Below are positions 42,849-56,473 of a stretch of DNA of 64,000 nt, in pieces. The notes under the pieces were generated by a model. That model ran no database searches, was not told the DNA's origin, and was given only the letters and a program-made list of their open reading frames with translations. Source of the stretch: Candidatus Bathyarchaeota archaeon (GTDB lineage Archaea; Thermoproteota; Bathyarchaeia; Bathyarchaeales; Bathyarchaeaceae); NCBI GenBank assembly GCA_963697165.1, contig CAVOMX010000025.1, positions 1 to 64,000 on the forward strand. The letters are read 5' to 3'. Numbering within the stretch: the first letter of the stretch is position 1; the number at the start of each line of letters is the position of its first letter. A program made the translations under genes and the position numbers.

Positions 42849-43844
42849 TTGGGGAATAAGTTCATGTCACAGGAGAACGAAAGCGCCAGAAAAGAAATTG
42901 AAATACTGAGAATTTTGAGCGAATTCGAGGATCCCGTGGGTTCAACATTACTCAAACGAGAGTTGAGAAAAAGAGGCTTTCTTCTCAGCGAAAGAACTGT
43001 AAGATATCACCTCCAGTTGTTGGAGGCAAAAGGTTTCGTGCTGGGGCATGATCGAAGAGGAAGAACAATAACCCAACATGGTCTTGAAGAATTGAGCAGA
43101 TCTCTTGCTACCCAAAGGCTCGGTTTCACCACAACCCGTTTCATGTCCTTAGCCTATTCGGCAACATATGACCCTGTCTTAGACTCGGGAACAGTTGTCG
43201 GAAATGTATCAATACTTGACAATAGCCTTCAGCATAAAACGATGGATACAATGAAGGCGCTCCAGAGCATGAATCTCTTGTCAGCACCATATATCAAGAT
43301 ACTAAACGAGAAAGAAGAATACTGCGACATTTCTGTTCCTAAGGATAAATTTGCTCTTTTCACAGTCTGCAACTTGACTTTAGACAGCATCCTAATCCAC
43401 TCTGGAATTCCTCTGTTTTTCAAGTATGGCGGTCTTGTTCAAGTAGTAAACCGCAAGCCCATCAGGTTTGTGGAAATAATCTCCTATGAAGGAACAACCA
43501 TACCTCCACTGGAAGTCTTTGTCTACAGGAAAATGACTTCTATCTCAAGAATACTGAAAACAGGTTCAGGCATGATATTGGCGACGTTGAGGGAAATACC
43601 TTCTGAAGCAAGAGATAGAACAGTGAAGATTCTTGAGAGCCAACAGAAAAAGGGTTGGGGAGGAGTATTGGTTGTAGGAGAACCCAACGAGCCAGTTCTT
43701 GGAGTACCAGTGGGCATGGACAGATTCGGCATATGCATGGTTGGCGGCATCGTCCCAGGAGCCGCCATGGTAGAGGAAGGAGAACAAATTGTCACTTTCG
43801 CTCGGCACTGCTTCATTCCAATCGAAGAGATGACCCGAATCTAA
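42849..43844 (+). CDS. NrpR-family regulator (wHTH plus a single DUF128/NRD domain)
   Basis: EILRIL...ERTVRYHL, ISYEGTTIPPLEVF. Confidence 0.88.
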   Translation: MGNKFMSQENESARKEIEILRILSEFEDPVGSTLLKRELRKRGFLLSERTVRYHLQLLEAKGFVLGHDRRGRTITQHGLEELSRSLATQRLGFTTTRFMSLAYSATYDPVLDSGTVVGNVSILDNSLQHKTMDTMKALQSMNLLSAPYIKILNEKEEYCDISVPKDKFALFTVCNLTLDSILIHSGIPLFFKYGGLVQVVNRKPIRFVEIISYEGTTIPPLEVFVYRKMTSISRILKTGSGMILATLREIPSEARDRTVKILESQQKKGWGGVLVVGEPNEPVLGVPVGMDRFGICMVGGIVPGAAMVEEGEQIVTFARHCFIPIEEMTRI

Positions 43845-43956
43845 ACAACAAACAATTCTTTAAGTCAGAATACGGTAAGCATCGTTTTTGGGTTGCTCCA
43901 AAGAAGACTTTAAAAGATGCACATCTTCAGTAAAGGACATGATGAAGGGGTAGCAC

Positions 43957-45501
43957 ATGAAACATGACGCGATTTTGGTGTTAGACTTCGGTGGACAATA
44001 CTGTAATCTTATAGCCAGAAGAATAAGAGAACACAAAGTATACTCCGAAATAGTGCCTTGCGACATAGCTCCTGAAGAAATCGAAGAACTAAACAAGACC
44101 ATGAATATTAAGGGGTTAATCCTGTCTGGAGGTCCATGGAGCGTTTACGAAAAGGATGCTCCAAAATTTGATTCACAAATACTAAAGATGGGCATTCCAA
44201 TACTTGGGTTGTGTTATGGACATCAGATGATAGCTTATTTTTCCAACGGAAAAGTGAAGCCCGGCACAAAGAAGGAATATGGAATAGCATACGTCACCGT
44301 CGATAAGCCTGTGGGCGTCCTCAAAGAACTTGACCAAAAAGAGAAAGTTTGGATGAGCCATGGGGACACAGTTTACGAGCTTCCTGAAGACTACGAGATG
44401 CTGGCTTATACAGAAAGCTGTCCAATCGCGGCTTTTCGACACGAAACGAAGCAGATATACGGGCTTCAGTGGCACCCAGAGGTGGTTCACACCGAAAACG
44501 GTATGAAAATGCTCAGAAACTTCATCTTTGAGGTTTGCAGGTGTGAAGCAAACTGGAGACCCGAGTCGCTAATCGATAAGGCAGTTCAAGAAATAAGAGA
44601 GACCGTCGGTGAAGGAACTGCCATAATCGGCTTGAGTGGAGGCATAGACTCTAGTGTCGCCACATTTATGGCGGCTAAAGCTATTGGAGAACGGCTTTTG
44701 GCGATTTATGTTGACCACGGTTTCATGCGTTTAGGTGAAACAGAATACGTTGAAAGCACTTTCAAGAAACTTGGGATCAACATTGTTGCAATTCATGCTC
44801 AGGAACGTTTTCTAAAGAGGCTTGAGGGAGTAATTGATCCTGAGAAGAAACGAAAAATTATTGGAGAAGAATTCATCAGGGTCTTTGAGGAAGCAGCGAA
44901 GAAGATTGCGGCAGATTATTTTATACAGGGAACAATTTACCCAGATAGAATCGAGTCTGGTTTCAGGAAGCATTCGGACACGATAAAGACCCACCATAAC
45001 GTGGGAGGCTTACCCGAAGACATAGAGTTCAAGGCTATCATTGAGCCCCTGTGTGACCTATACAAAGATGAGGTTAGAGAAGTTGCAAAAATTATGGGCT
45101 TGCCAGACGAACTGGTTCATAGGCAGCCGTTTCCGGGTCCTGGTTTGGCTGTGAGAATCATCGGTGAATTGACAAAAGAAAAGACAGAGATTGTAAGGAA
45201 AGCGGACAAAATTGTTACAGACGAAATCGGAAAAGTTGGGCTTGGAGACTGTTTGTGGCAATATTTTGCGGTTTTAACGAATACGAAGAGTACGGGAGTG
45301 AAGGGTGATTCTAGAGCTTACGGTTTTACTGTTGCTGTTAGGATTGTTGAAAGCAAGGAAGCTATGACTGCGGGTTTTGCAAGGATTCCCTATGATGTGT
45401 TGGAGAGAATATCAACGAGGATAACTAACGAGTTGCCTCAGGTAACGCGGGTTGTGTATGACATAACGCATAAGCCGCCAGCAACAATAGAATGGGAATA
45501 A
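43957..45501 (+). CDS. guaA: GMP synthase (glutamine-hydrolysing), fused GATase plus synthetase
   Basis: DFGGQY, GLCYGHQ, QWHPE, SGGIDSS, KPPATIEWE. Confidence 0.97.
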   Translation: MKHDAILVLDFGGQYCNLIARRIREHKVYSEIVPCDIAPEEIEELNKTMNIKGLILSGGPWSVYEKDAPKFDSQILKMGIPILGLCYGHQMIAYFSNGKVKPGTKKEYGIAYVTVDKPVGVLKELDQKEKVWMSHGDTVYELPEDYEMLAYTESCPIAAFRHETKQIYGLQWHPEVVHTENGMKMLRNFIFEVCRCEANWRPESLIDKAVQEIRETVGEGTAIIGLSGGIDSSVATFMAAKAIGERLLAIYVDHGFMRLGETEYVESTFKKLGINIVAIHAQERFLKRLEGVIDPEKKRKIIGEEFIRVFEEAAKKIAADYFIQGTIYPDRIESGFRKHSDTIKTHHNVGGLPEDIEFKAIIEPLCDLYKDEVREVAKIMGLPDELVHRQPFPGPGLAVRIIGELTKEKTEIVRKADKIVTDEIGKVGLGDCLWQYFAVLTNTKSTGVKGDSRAYGFTVAVRIVESKEAMTAGFARIPYDVLERISTRITNELPQVTRVVYDITHKPPATIEWE

Positions 45502-45598
45502 ACGAACAATCTTAAGCAATCTCAAAGGTTTCAGAAATCTTTGGTGTTGCGAAAGTTATTATTGAAAAACGGCAAAGATGTAAATGGGGTAGATTTGC

Positions 45599-46081
45599 AT
45601 GGAACTTGAGACAGTTAAAGTTGAGATGCCCGAGAACTGCAACGTAATCTTGGGCACGGCTCATTTCATCAAAACCGTTGAAGATATTTACGAAGCGTTA
45701 GTCAACGCTGTTCCGGGAATCAAATTTGGGATAGGATTCTGCGAAGCCTCTGGACCATGTTTAGTCAGATCAGAGGGAAATGACAAAGAACTAAAAAACT
45801 TAGCAGCAACTCATGCTTTGAAGTTGGGATGTGGTCACTCGTTTATTGTCTTTCTAAAAAACGCTTACCCCATCAATGTCCTATACAAAATCAAGCAGGT
45901 GCATGAAGTCTGCACTATCCACGCTGCAACGGCTAACCCATTAGAGGTGATAGTTGCTGAGACCGAGCAAGGCAGAGGAATATTGGGTGTCGTTGACGGC
46001 TTCAAAATCAAGGGAATTGAAACCGAAAAAGATGTTAAAGAGAGAAAGGAGTTTCTCAGAAGAATCGGCTACAAACTATAA
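45599..46081 (+). CDS. Adenosine-specific kinase family (DUF355)
   Basis: [33 protein letters not shown]. Confidence 0.9.
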   Translation: MELETVKVEMPENCNVILGTAHFIKTVEDIYEALVNAVPGIKFGIGFCEASGPCLVRSEGNDKELKNLAATHALKLGCGHSFIVFLKNAYPINVLYKIKQVHEVCTIHAATANPLEVIVAETEQGRGILGVVDGFKIKGIETEKDVKERKEFLRRIGYKL

Positions 46082-46504
46082 AATCGACACATTCGACAGT
46101 GTATAATATTTTTCAGTGAAACTTAAATTATCAATTGAAAAGAAATTTTTTGCAGCATTATATTATATTCAATATTATATCAGCTTTTTTTGCAGTGTAT
46201 TTGAACGAAAATTAGACATTAAAAGTGCCGTGGTGTTTAATATTTGTGGATATAGAGTTTTCAATCAATTCATGATACAGTGGCGATATCTACTGATTTG
46301 TGACATTTAAGATCTGATATCTTCCATTTTAATTGCAAGACCGTTAGTAATATAAATTAACATAGAGATTTTTTCTAGATTTTCATTATAACGACAGGAT
46401 CTAATGTTAATTTTTAGGTAGAGAGCTTATTATTTGTCCATATTGTCTAAAAGGTTCCCAGATTACGGGTCAAGTTTTATATTTGAATAACTCGAATTAG
46501 ACTT

Positions 46505-47068
46505 TTGGGGATTTTTAAATTGTCTGATCAAAGGTCTGTTTTTTGGTATGAATTGGTTGGGATGGTTTTTATAATTGTTCTTGGAAGTCTACTTCATTTT
46601 ATTTTTGAATGGTCTGGGAATCAACCAATCGTTGGTGTGTTTTCTGCTGTTAATGAAAGTGTATGGGAGCATCTGAAACTGGGTTTTTGGCCTGCTTTAC
46701 TCTTTACAATTTTTGAATACCGATACTTGAATAAAAAAACCAACAACTTCTTTTTGGCAAAGACAGTTGGAATTTACATGATAATAATTGTGATTCCAAT
46801 AATCTTCTACTCTTATACATTCTTTACCGGAGAAAGTATATTTGTAATAGATATTCTTAGTTTCTTTTTTGCTGTAGTAATTGGACAACTGGTTAGCTAT
46901 AAACTCTTGACTTTCAAAAAATTATCGAAGAATCTAAACATGATATGTATTGGCGCTCTCGTAATATTAGGACTTGCGTTTGTGATTTTCACCTTTTATC
47001 CACCTCAGATCCAAATCTTCCAAGATCCAATAACCGGAGAGTACGGAATAATAAATCACTCACATTAA
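46505..47068 (+). CDS. Membrane protein, DUF6512-like
   Basis: GSLLHFIFEWSG, VNESVWEHLKL, FTFYPP.IFQDP. Confidence 0.75.
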   Translation: MGIFKLSDQRSVFWYELVGMVFIIVLGSLLHFIFEWSGNQPIVGVFSAVNESVWEHLKLGFWPALLFTIFEYRYLNKKTNNFFLAKTVGIYMIIIVIPIIFYSYTFFTGESIFVIDILSFFFAVVIGQLVSYKLLTFKKLSKNLNMICIGALVILGLAFVIFTFYPPQIQIFQDPITGEYGIINHSH

Positions 47069-47082
47069 TTTCTTGAAAAACA

Positions 47083-47415
47083 CTATTCTATTGATTGAGA
47101 ATATCTGCTTTTACATTTTGAACAGCGATTAACAAGCTCGTTAACATTCTTTTCTCTATCTATTGCCCCAAGCTCTTCTACAAATTTCCATTTCTCATTA
47201 ACTTTGGAGCAGTGATTATAGCCTCTTCGTTTCATCTCTTCAACAAGATCCGCATGACGGGAATACAAATTATGTACTTCAAGCAAACCTTTCTGTAAAT
47301 ATCCTTTGACTGATTTATTACGATTAATTGTCCCTATAAACATGTGAATTTCCACATGCTCGCCAAGAAGATGTTGCCTACACATAATTCTTGGATTTAC
47401 CATCCACATTCTCAT
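47083..47415 (-). CDS. Pyrimidine-dimer DNA glycosylase / T4 endonuclease V family protein
   Basis: MRMW...P...RQHLLGEH.E.H and RHADLVEEMKRRGYNH motifs. Confidence 0.8.
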   Translation of the reverse strand: MRMWMVNPRIMCRQHLLGEHVEIHMFIGTINRNKSVKGYLQKGLLEVHNLYSRHADLVEEMKRRGYNHCSKVNEKWKFVEELGAIDREKNVNELVNRCSKCKSRYSQSIE

Positions 47416-47686
47416 ACCATAATAAATGCGAAAATGGAAGTTTAAGCCTATCCACAACAATCAACTAATCATCATTTATTTTCAAAGTTGGAAATATTTG
47501 GATTCGATGATTAAATTTTAACCTTCTCTCTCTTATTCAAACTCATTCAAACACGCACGTTCCCGCATTCCCTCTCCCCCACACCACTAACTGTCTGACT
47601 GACTGAGAGACTGACGGACAGACAGACTCCCCCTATATAGAATCATTATAAAAAAGATTATACACAAAACAAATAACCATTAACTT

Positions 47687-48375
47687 ATGCAAAATGTTGA
47701 TGAGTTTATTCAGAAGAATGTTGAAAAATCTTTTCAACCGCAAATGTATGAAATTGCAAACGAGTTATGGGATTTGTTAGTAGTCTTGGATAAAAAAGGC
47801 TACGTTAGGAAGAAATTATATCAGAATGTCGAAGAAAAAAGAGAGACATATATTTCCGTAGGAAAAAATTGCGATAAAATTCTTTCAGCCCTGAACAAAT
47901 TTTGTGACTTGTATCGTGATGAGGATAAAAAGAAAAAAATTTCTTGATTTTATGAGAGAATACGAGTTCACTGACCCCGACCTAAGACATTTATTTCTTG
48001 TTCAACTAATTTTTGATTTATTACTCATCTCAGATATCTTTTAAGAATCTTCTTATTTTTGTATTAAAAAAATTTTCACCAAAAACAACCCTAGGGACGC
48101 TTTTCACAAAACTTGAAAAAATAACAAATGAAACTGGAGCATCTCAGAAGATTGCTAAAAGAATTGATGTTGATTTAAGGAATTCACTAGCTCATTTCAC
48201 ATTCAAAGCTTCAGAAGCAACAATTTATTCATATAACCCTGCCAAGAAAGATAATTACTGGATTCTAAAAGAGACAAAAATACAACCTTCTGATTTGATT
48301 GAGAAAATTCGTAATCAGAGTTTAATACGAGGCATTCTTTTTTCTGTAATAGTCGATTGGTATGGATTGCACTAA
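47687..48375 (+). pseudogene. Split hypothetical gene (two ORFs)
   Basis: ORFs 47687-47947 and 48013-48375 joined by a coding-like spacer; TLGTL and LRNSLAH (RxxxxH) motifs; AT-rich. Confidence 0.45.
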
Positions 48376-48741
48376 AAACCAGGTAATTCAAAAGGTGATT
48401 TACAAGTAGCACTTCTTAACATATCTAATTCACTTTAAATGTAAGCAATTCTTGGATTCCATTCTTTCCTTTCGTTTCTTAGAAACTAAGCTAACAACAG
48501 AGCTTCTTCACTGATTAGAGTATCGAGGGTTTGTCGTTTTCCATGTTTTATTCTTGGAATCTCAACTTTTTGATTAAAGAGATTTGTTAACCCCTCAGCT
48601 AAACTGTCAGTTTCATATTAGCAGAGATGTATTCTTTTACCCATCTACAAATGCATCATAAAATCTGTCAAAACAACAAAATCCTTCTTAAGCAATTTTC
48701 GACATCTTATTTTGCGCCACTAAAAATAATAACAACAGATT

Positions 48742-49245
48742 TTATTCGATTTTTTCAAATTGTTGTTTTGGCGCCCCACAAATCGGGCACCTTTCTGGTG
48801 CTGAAGCTTCGACGGTGTTTCCACAAACTTTGCAAACATAATAGTCTATGTCAATTACTTCTTTTTCATGCTCTAGTGATTCAATAGCTTTAGAAAAAAG
48901 ACCAGCATGGATCTTCTCAACCTTATTTGCAACATCAAAACTCCAGACGGCCTTCTTATTTCCCTCTTGTTTGGCAACTTCAATGTACTTGGGGTACATT
49001 TCATCAAACTCAAAAGTTTCTCCAGAAACAGCAGTCTTCAAATTCTCAACCGTAGATTTTGTTTTCCCAATTATGTCCAAATGATTCAAAGCATGCACAG
49101 TTTCTGCAAACGCAGCTGCTCTGAAAAGCTTAGCAACTTGTGGCATCCCTTCCTTTTCAGCTTTCTTGGCAAACGCCAAATATGTTCTATTAGCTTGGGA
49201 TTCTCCAGAAAATGCATCTTTCAGATTTTCAGCAGTTTTATTCAT
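48742..49245 (-). CDS. Rubrerythrin
   Basis: GESQANRTY, ETVHA, EKIH, C-terminal CKVCG...CPICG. Confidence 0.95.
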   Translation of the reverse strand: MNKTAENLKDAFSGESQANRTYLAFAKKAEKEGMPQVAKLFRAAAFAETVHALNHLDIIGKTKSTVENLKTAVSGETFEFDEMYPKYIEVAKQEGNKKAVWSFDVANKVEKIHAGLFSKAIESLEHEKEVIDIDYYVCKVCGNTVEASAPERCPICGAPKQQFEKIE

Positions 49246-49581
49246 CTCAAAACCACACATTACAAATAAAAAATAGAACTTATTTATTAACAATTCTGGA
49301 ACAAACATTCCGCCCATCCACACATAGGCTGTGAGTATGGTTGCGAATATGGATATAACATATTTGGACGAAAAAAGAGGGAAAAAGTGGAATGTTGAAA
49401 ACGTAGCATTATATAAGCTAGATTAAAGTGGACAAATGTTGAGTTGATTCATATAAATATTAATTATGTATAAAGTTCAGATCATTACTAGAGTAAAAGA
49501 ATATGGGAAATTGGTAATATTTATATGTCAAGAAAAACAAGGAAAGAGTAGGATTTGTTTGAACATTAAATTAAGAGGTGA

Positions 49582-51738
<2,157 letters not shown>

Positions 51739-51982
51739 ACACAGCAAAAACAGCACTAACCCAAACCCCACCCCTTCTTTCTACAGGCTACAAGCAAGCA
51801 AACTAGACGCTGACAAAGTGGTTGGATGCAAGACTGGAGAGGTTGTTGCTGACGTACAAAGGGAAGATATTCTCCCCCAGTGAACTCCCTTTTGATTGAT
51901 TTTTTTATATCCGTAGCACTGTTTGTGAATAAATATAATTAATACATTAGCAGTTTCAGAAAGTATTGAAGGTGAGACTTGA

Positions 51983-52141
51983 TTGAAGAAATGGGAATGT
52001 ATACAGGTTAACCACCACAGCAGTGTTGGAAAAGTAATCGAGGAATTCCAAAGTAGAGGCTGGAGCCTTCACACATATTCTGCTGCTCAATTACGTGGGT
52101 CAGAGATTAACCACTACTTACTATTCGAAAGAGACCAATAA
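51983..52141 (+). CDS. Small DUF4177-like protein (52 aa)
   Basis: Not in the ORF track. AGGTGA RBS, TTG start; MKKWECIQVNHHSSVGKVIEEFQSRGWSLHTYSAAQLRGSEINHYLLFERDQ. Confidence 0.65.
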   Translation: MKKWECIQVNHHSSVGKVIEEFQSRGWSLHTYSAAQLRGSEINHYLLFERDQ

Positions 52142-52250
52142 ATAATATTTTTACCAAAAGTGTGACAGCGACACCCGCTACCCGTGCAGTCCCCTTACAT
52201 AATCTATTATAGATAAGGCTGTAAAACAGTTTGATGGTTTGGTGTAGGAC

Positions 52251-53534
52251 TTGAGTGTTGTTGCTGATCTTCACATTCACAGCAAATATAGTCGTGCTAC
52301 AAGCCAGAACATGGACATAACAGAGATTACCCGTTATGCAAAAATAAAAGGACTAAAACTTGTGGGCACAGGAGACTTCACCCACCCAAGATGGTTTAAC
52401 GAATTATCTGAAGAACTAACAGAAGTTGCGGGCTCCAGTCTTTATTGCTCTAAGAAGCATCCAGAATCGCCTATTCGTTACATGATAACCGCCGAAGTAT
52501 GTACCATCTTTAAAGTTGAGGAAAAATCCAAAAAAATACACCACATCATCTTTACCCCTAGCCTCGAAACAGCCACACAAATAAATGACAGACTGAAACG
52601 CTACGGTGACCTTGGCGTGGATGGTAGACCATTCTTGGATATGACTGCGTCGCAGCTTGTGGAGGAGGTGATAGGGGTTTCGGATGAGAATGAGGTTGTG
52701 CCTGCTCATGTTTGGACTCCGTGGTTTAGTCTTTTTGGCGCGTTTAGCGGCTTTGATAAGGTAGAAGACTGCTACGAAGATATGACTAAGCACATTCATG
52801 CATTAGAGACCGGACTTTCTTCTGATCCGCCTATGAACTGGAGACTAAGCAACCTAGACAAATTCACTTTAATTTCTAACAGTGATTGCCACAGCCACTG
52901 GCCATGGAGAATCGGAAGAGAAGCAAACGTCTTCGAACTGGAACAGTTCACTTATATGGAAGTGGTTGATGCAATACGCAAAAAAGACCCTAAACGCTTC
53001 AAATACACGATAGAAACCAACCCCGCATACGGCAAATACCATTGGACAGGACACAGAAACTGCAACATCTCACTACCGCCCCAAGAAGCCATAAAATATG
53101 GAAACCGTTGCCCAAAATGCGGCAGAAAGCTCACCAGAGGAGTAGAACAGCGAATCGAAGAATTAGCAGACCGCCCCGCCGACTACACACCCGAAAACGG
53201 GATAGGCTACAAACGGCTACTGCCACTCTCCGAAATCATAACTGCAGTTCTGGGAGTCAGCTATCAAGGCGCCAAAAAAGTTTGGAACATCTACAACCCA
53301 CTAATAGAAAAGTTTGGTGACGAATACACGGTGCTCATTGATGCACCCCAAAAAGAAATGGCTCAAATCGTTGACACAAAAATTGCAGAAGCCATCATTC
53401 GGGTCAGAGAAGAAAAAGCCAAAGTAATACCCGGATACGACGGCGTGTATGGACAACTTGCAATCTTTGATGAAGAACAAGAAAATATGGCTCCGCAGAA
53501 GCCACAACAAAAAAGCATGTCCGACTTTATATAA
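52251..53534 (+). CDS. Endonuclease Q family (PHP-like) DNA repair enzyme
   Basis: ADLHIHSKYSRAT, GTGDFTHP, ETGLSSD, NSDCHS, GKYH, CPKCG, PGYDGVYG. Confidence 0.92.
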   Translation: MSVVADLHIHSKYSRATSQNMDITEITRYAKIKGLKLVGTGDFTHPRWFNELSEELTEVAGSSLYCSKKHPESPIRYMITAEVCTIFKVEEKSKKIHHIIFTPSLETATQINDRLKRYGDLGVDGRPFLDMTASQLVEEVIGVSDENEVVPAHVWTPWFSLFGAFSGFDKVEDCYEDMTKHIHALETGLSSDPPMNWRLSNLDKFTLISNSDCHSHWPWRIGREANVFELEQFTYMEVVDAIRKKDPKRFKYTIETNPAYGKYHWTGHRNCNISLPPQEAIKYGNRCPKCGRKLTRGVEQRIEELADRPADYTPENGIGYKRLLPLSEIITAVLGVSYQGAKKVWNIYNPLIEKFGDEYTVLIDAPQKEMAQIVDTKIAEAIIRVREEKAKVIPGYDGVYGQLAIFDEEQENMAPQKPQQKSMSDFI

Positions 53535-53608
53535 AAGGCTAGTTTGCTAACAGTTTTAAGACTCGACATAAATCTTAATCGACATACAAAGATGTGGAAT
53601 GATGCGTT

Positions 53609-54991
53609 TTGAAGGACACGCTCTCAAAGATTGTTGGTTACGGTCAAAGTTTAGGCGCCGAATATGTTGAGGTTCGAGCGCAAAGTCTTTTCAAGACTCT
53701 TTTGACAACCAAAGACGGCATCGTTGAAGGAGCAAAAGAAGGAAAGGAATGCGGCGCTGGGGTCAGAGTTTTGGTGAACGGCGCTTGGGGTTTTGTGTCT
53801 CTTGGAAATCTACAAGCCATACTGTTAACTGAAGCTGTTGAAGACGCAGTTAAGTTAGCAAAAGCAGCCAGTTTTAGATTAAAAAATCCTGTGAAGCTTG
53901 CTGAAGCAAAAACTGTGGAAGACTGGATATCTGCTAAGCCGAAAAAAGATCCGCAGGATGTTTCTATGGAACAAAAGATTGGAGACGTTTTGGCGATGGA
54001 TAAAACAGTTTTTGGTTGTGACAATCGAATAAAAAGTTGCACAATCAACTACTTGGATGTTACAGGAAAAAGCTACTTCGTCAACAGTGACGGAACATGT
54101 ATAGAACAGGACAAATTGTATGTTTGGTCGCGGATTCTTGCGTCAGCAAAACAGGGCAGCATTTTTGCTTCTGCACGAGAGGAGATAGGTTCCACGTCGG
54201 GTTACGAAATTTTTGATTTGGCAACGCCAGAAAAGGTAGGTACAATGGTTGCTAAACGTGTGGTTGAGCAACTGAAGGCTAAGACACCGAAGGGCGGAGG
54301 TTTTCCAGCGATTATTGGTCCAAACGTTGTGGGCGTTTTTATTCACGAAGCGATGGGACATTTAGCAGAAGCTGATTTGATGTTGTCTGGTTCTGTGCTT
54401 TATGATAAACTTGGAAAACAGATTGCGTCAGAAGCAGTTACGGTTTATGACGACGGCACAGTTGACGGCGCATTTGGGTCCTTCAAATACGATGATGAGG
54501 GAGTTCGGACACAAAAGACGGCGTTAATCGAAAAAGGAAAACTTGTTGGTCTAATGCATAGCAGAGAAACTGCCGCTAAACTTAACATGGAACCTACAGG
54601 AAATGCCAGAGCAGAAGATTTTCGTTATGAGCCGATTATCAGAATGAGAAACACGTACCTTGCAGCGGGCGACAGAACATTTGAGGAATTAATTGAAGAC
54701 ATAGATTTTGGGTATTACCTCAAAAGTTTTCGGGGCGGACAAGCAAACTTGGATGGAACATTTCAGGTGGGTATACAAGAAGCTTACGAGATTGTTAAAG
54801 GTCAGCTCGGAGATGCCGTTAGAAGCGCGTCCATAAGCGGTAATACGCTTGAAACTTTGTACAGGGTAGACGCGGTTGGTAAAGATTTTGAGTTGTGGCC
54901 TGGAAGATGCGGCAAGGGACAGACAGCATTCATCTGTGATGGTGGACCACACATACGGGTAGAAGAGGTGGTTATTGGTGGCGGCTCCTAA
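53609..54991 (+). CDS. tldD: TldD metalloprotease
   Basis: HEAMGHLAEAD, YDDEG, RMRNT, CGKGQ. Confidence 0.93.
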   Translation: MKDTLSKIVGYGQSLGAEYVEVRAQSLFKTLLTTKDGIVEGAKEGKECGAGVRVLVNGAWGFVSLGNLQAILLTEAVEDAVKLAKAASFRLKNPVKLAEAKTVEDWISAKPKKDPQDVSMEQKIGDVLAMDKTVFGCDNRIKSCTINYLDVTGKSYFVNSDGTCIEQDKLYVWSRILASAKQGSIFASAREEIGSTSGYEIFDLATPEKVGTMVAKRVVEQLKAKTPKGGGFPAIIGPNVVGVFIHEAMGHLAEADLMLSGSVLYDKLGKQIASEAVTVYDDGTVDGAFGSFKYDDEGVRTQKTALIEKGKLVGLMHSRETAAKLNMEPTGNARAEDFRYEPIIRMRNTYLAAGDRTFEELIEDIDFGYYLKSFRGGQANLDGTFQVGIQEAYEIVKGQLGDAVRSASISGNTLETLYRVDAVGKDFELWPGRCGKGQTAFICDGGPHIRVEEVVIGGGS

Positions 54992-56354
54992 AGATTCAGA
55001 ATTGATAGATTTTGGCAAAAAAGCAGTCAACGTAGCCATAAGAAGAGGCGCTCAGGAAGCTGAAGCATTTTTGAGTAGGGCATCAAGCATTTCGATAGAC
55101 ATTGAAAGGGGACAAATTGTTAGAAGCACCAAAAGTACTGATCAGGGGTTGGGAGTTAGGGCAGTTTATGGGAAAGCAGTTGGATTTTCTTATGTTAATA
55201 CGTTAACGGATAGGGACATAGAAGAGGCTGCGGCAAGAGCGTTACGGGCTGCTAAAGCGAGCAGAGCGGATACGGATTGGGTGAGTTTTGCTGGCTCCAA
55301 AAAGTTTGGTAAAACAAAAGACACCTATGACAAAAGAGCGGCTGATGCGTCTTCGGATGAGTTAGTTGAGATGGCAGCTGACTTGTTGGGTGCGGTTGAG
55401 GCGTATGATAGACGGGTTTTGGCTGTTGATGGTGGAGTTGGAACTTCAGTTTTCCATAAGGTTGTTGTTAACTCTCATGGAGTTGAAGCTTACGACTTGG
55501 GCACTGCAGTCGGATGTTCCATGGAGACGATAGCAAGGGATGGAGGTGATGTGACTCCGGCGTGTTTTGAATTAAATGTAGAAAGAATCTACAAAATAGA
55601 CCCTGATACTGTTGGAACTGAGGCTGCAAGGCAGGCTGTTTCTGCGCTTAAAGCCAAAAAGGTTGAGTCTGGAGTGTTTCCGGTGATTTTTACTCAGGCT
55701 GCGTTTAGTTCTCTGCTATATTATACAGTGATAAACGCTGTCAAAGCTGATTATGTTCAGAGGGAAAGATCTGCGTTTAAGGACAAAATTGGAGAAAAAG
55801 TTGCCTCAGAGCTTGTATCGGTATATGATGATGGACTTCTTGAGGGCGGTCTCTTAACAAGCAAATTTGATGGCGAAGGCGTTCCATGCCAAAAAACGTC
55901 AGTTATCGAAAAAGGTGTCCTGAAGAATTTTTTGTATGACAATTACACGGCAAACAAGGCTGGAGTTGAAAGCACCGGAAACGCATCACGCTCAGGGCTT
56001 GCATCTTACGCTTCCACGCCAGCTCTTGAGGCCAGCAACTTTGTGTTTACAAAAGGAAACAAAACGGCTGAGGAGCTTGTAGCCGAGGTTGATGAGGGTT
56101 TTATAGTGTATGGTGTTCAGGGGGCGCATAGTAGTAATCCGGAGAGTGGAGAGTTTTCTGTTGTGGCTACTCCTGCATGGAAGATTGAAAAAGGGTCTGT
56201 GGCGTATGCTGTGCGTGAGGTTATGTTGACGGGCGTTTTCTTTGATGTTTTAAGGAACGTTTCGGCACTTGGCAGTAACGTCAGGAAAATGGGGCAGCTG
56301 GTTGCGCCATGGATCAGAGTAGAAAACGTCAAAGCCGTTGGAAAGCTGCTTTAG
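54975..56354 (+). CDS. pmbA: TldE/PmbA
   Basis: FDGEG, STGNASR, SGEFS; coupled to tldD. Confidence 0.92.
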   Translation: MVAAPKDSELIDFGKKAVNVAIRRGAQEAEAFLSRASSISIDIERGQIVRSTKSTDQGLGVRAVYGKAVGFSYVNTLTDRDIEEAAARALRAAKASRADTDWVSFAGSKKFGKTKDTYDKRAADASSDELVEMAADLLGAVEAYDRRVLAVDGGVGTSVFHKVVVNSHGVEAYDLGTAVGCSMETIARDGGDVTPACFELNVERIYKIDPDTVGTEAARQAVSALKAKKVESGVFPVIFTQAAFSSLLYYTVINAVKADYVQRERSAFKDKIGEKVASELVSVYDDGLLEGGLLTSKFDGEGVPCQKTSVIEKGVLKNFLYDNYTANKAGVESTGNASRSGLASYASTPALEASNFVFTKGNKTAEELVAEVDEGFIVYGVQGAHSSNPESGEFSVVATPAWKIEKGSVAYAVREVMLTGVFFDVLRNVSALGSNVRKMGQLVAPWIRVENVKAVGKLL

Positions 56355-56473
56355 AAAATGTGAACTTATTAATAGACAAAAAAATATTGCGTCGAAAGTG
56401 TATACAGTGGATACAAAAGCATCAACAGAAAATATAAAACCTGTTAGATAGCATACTTGAATGTAAGCACAGA

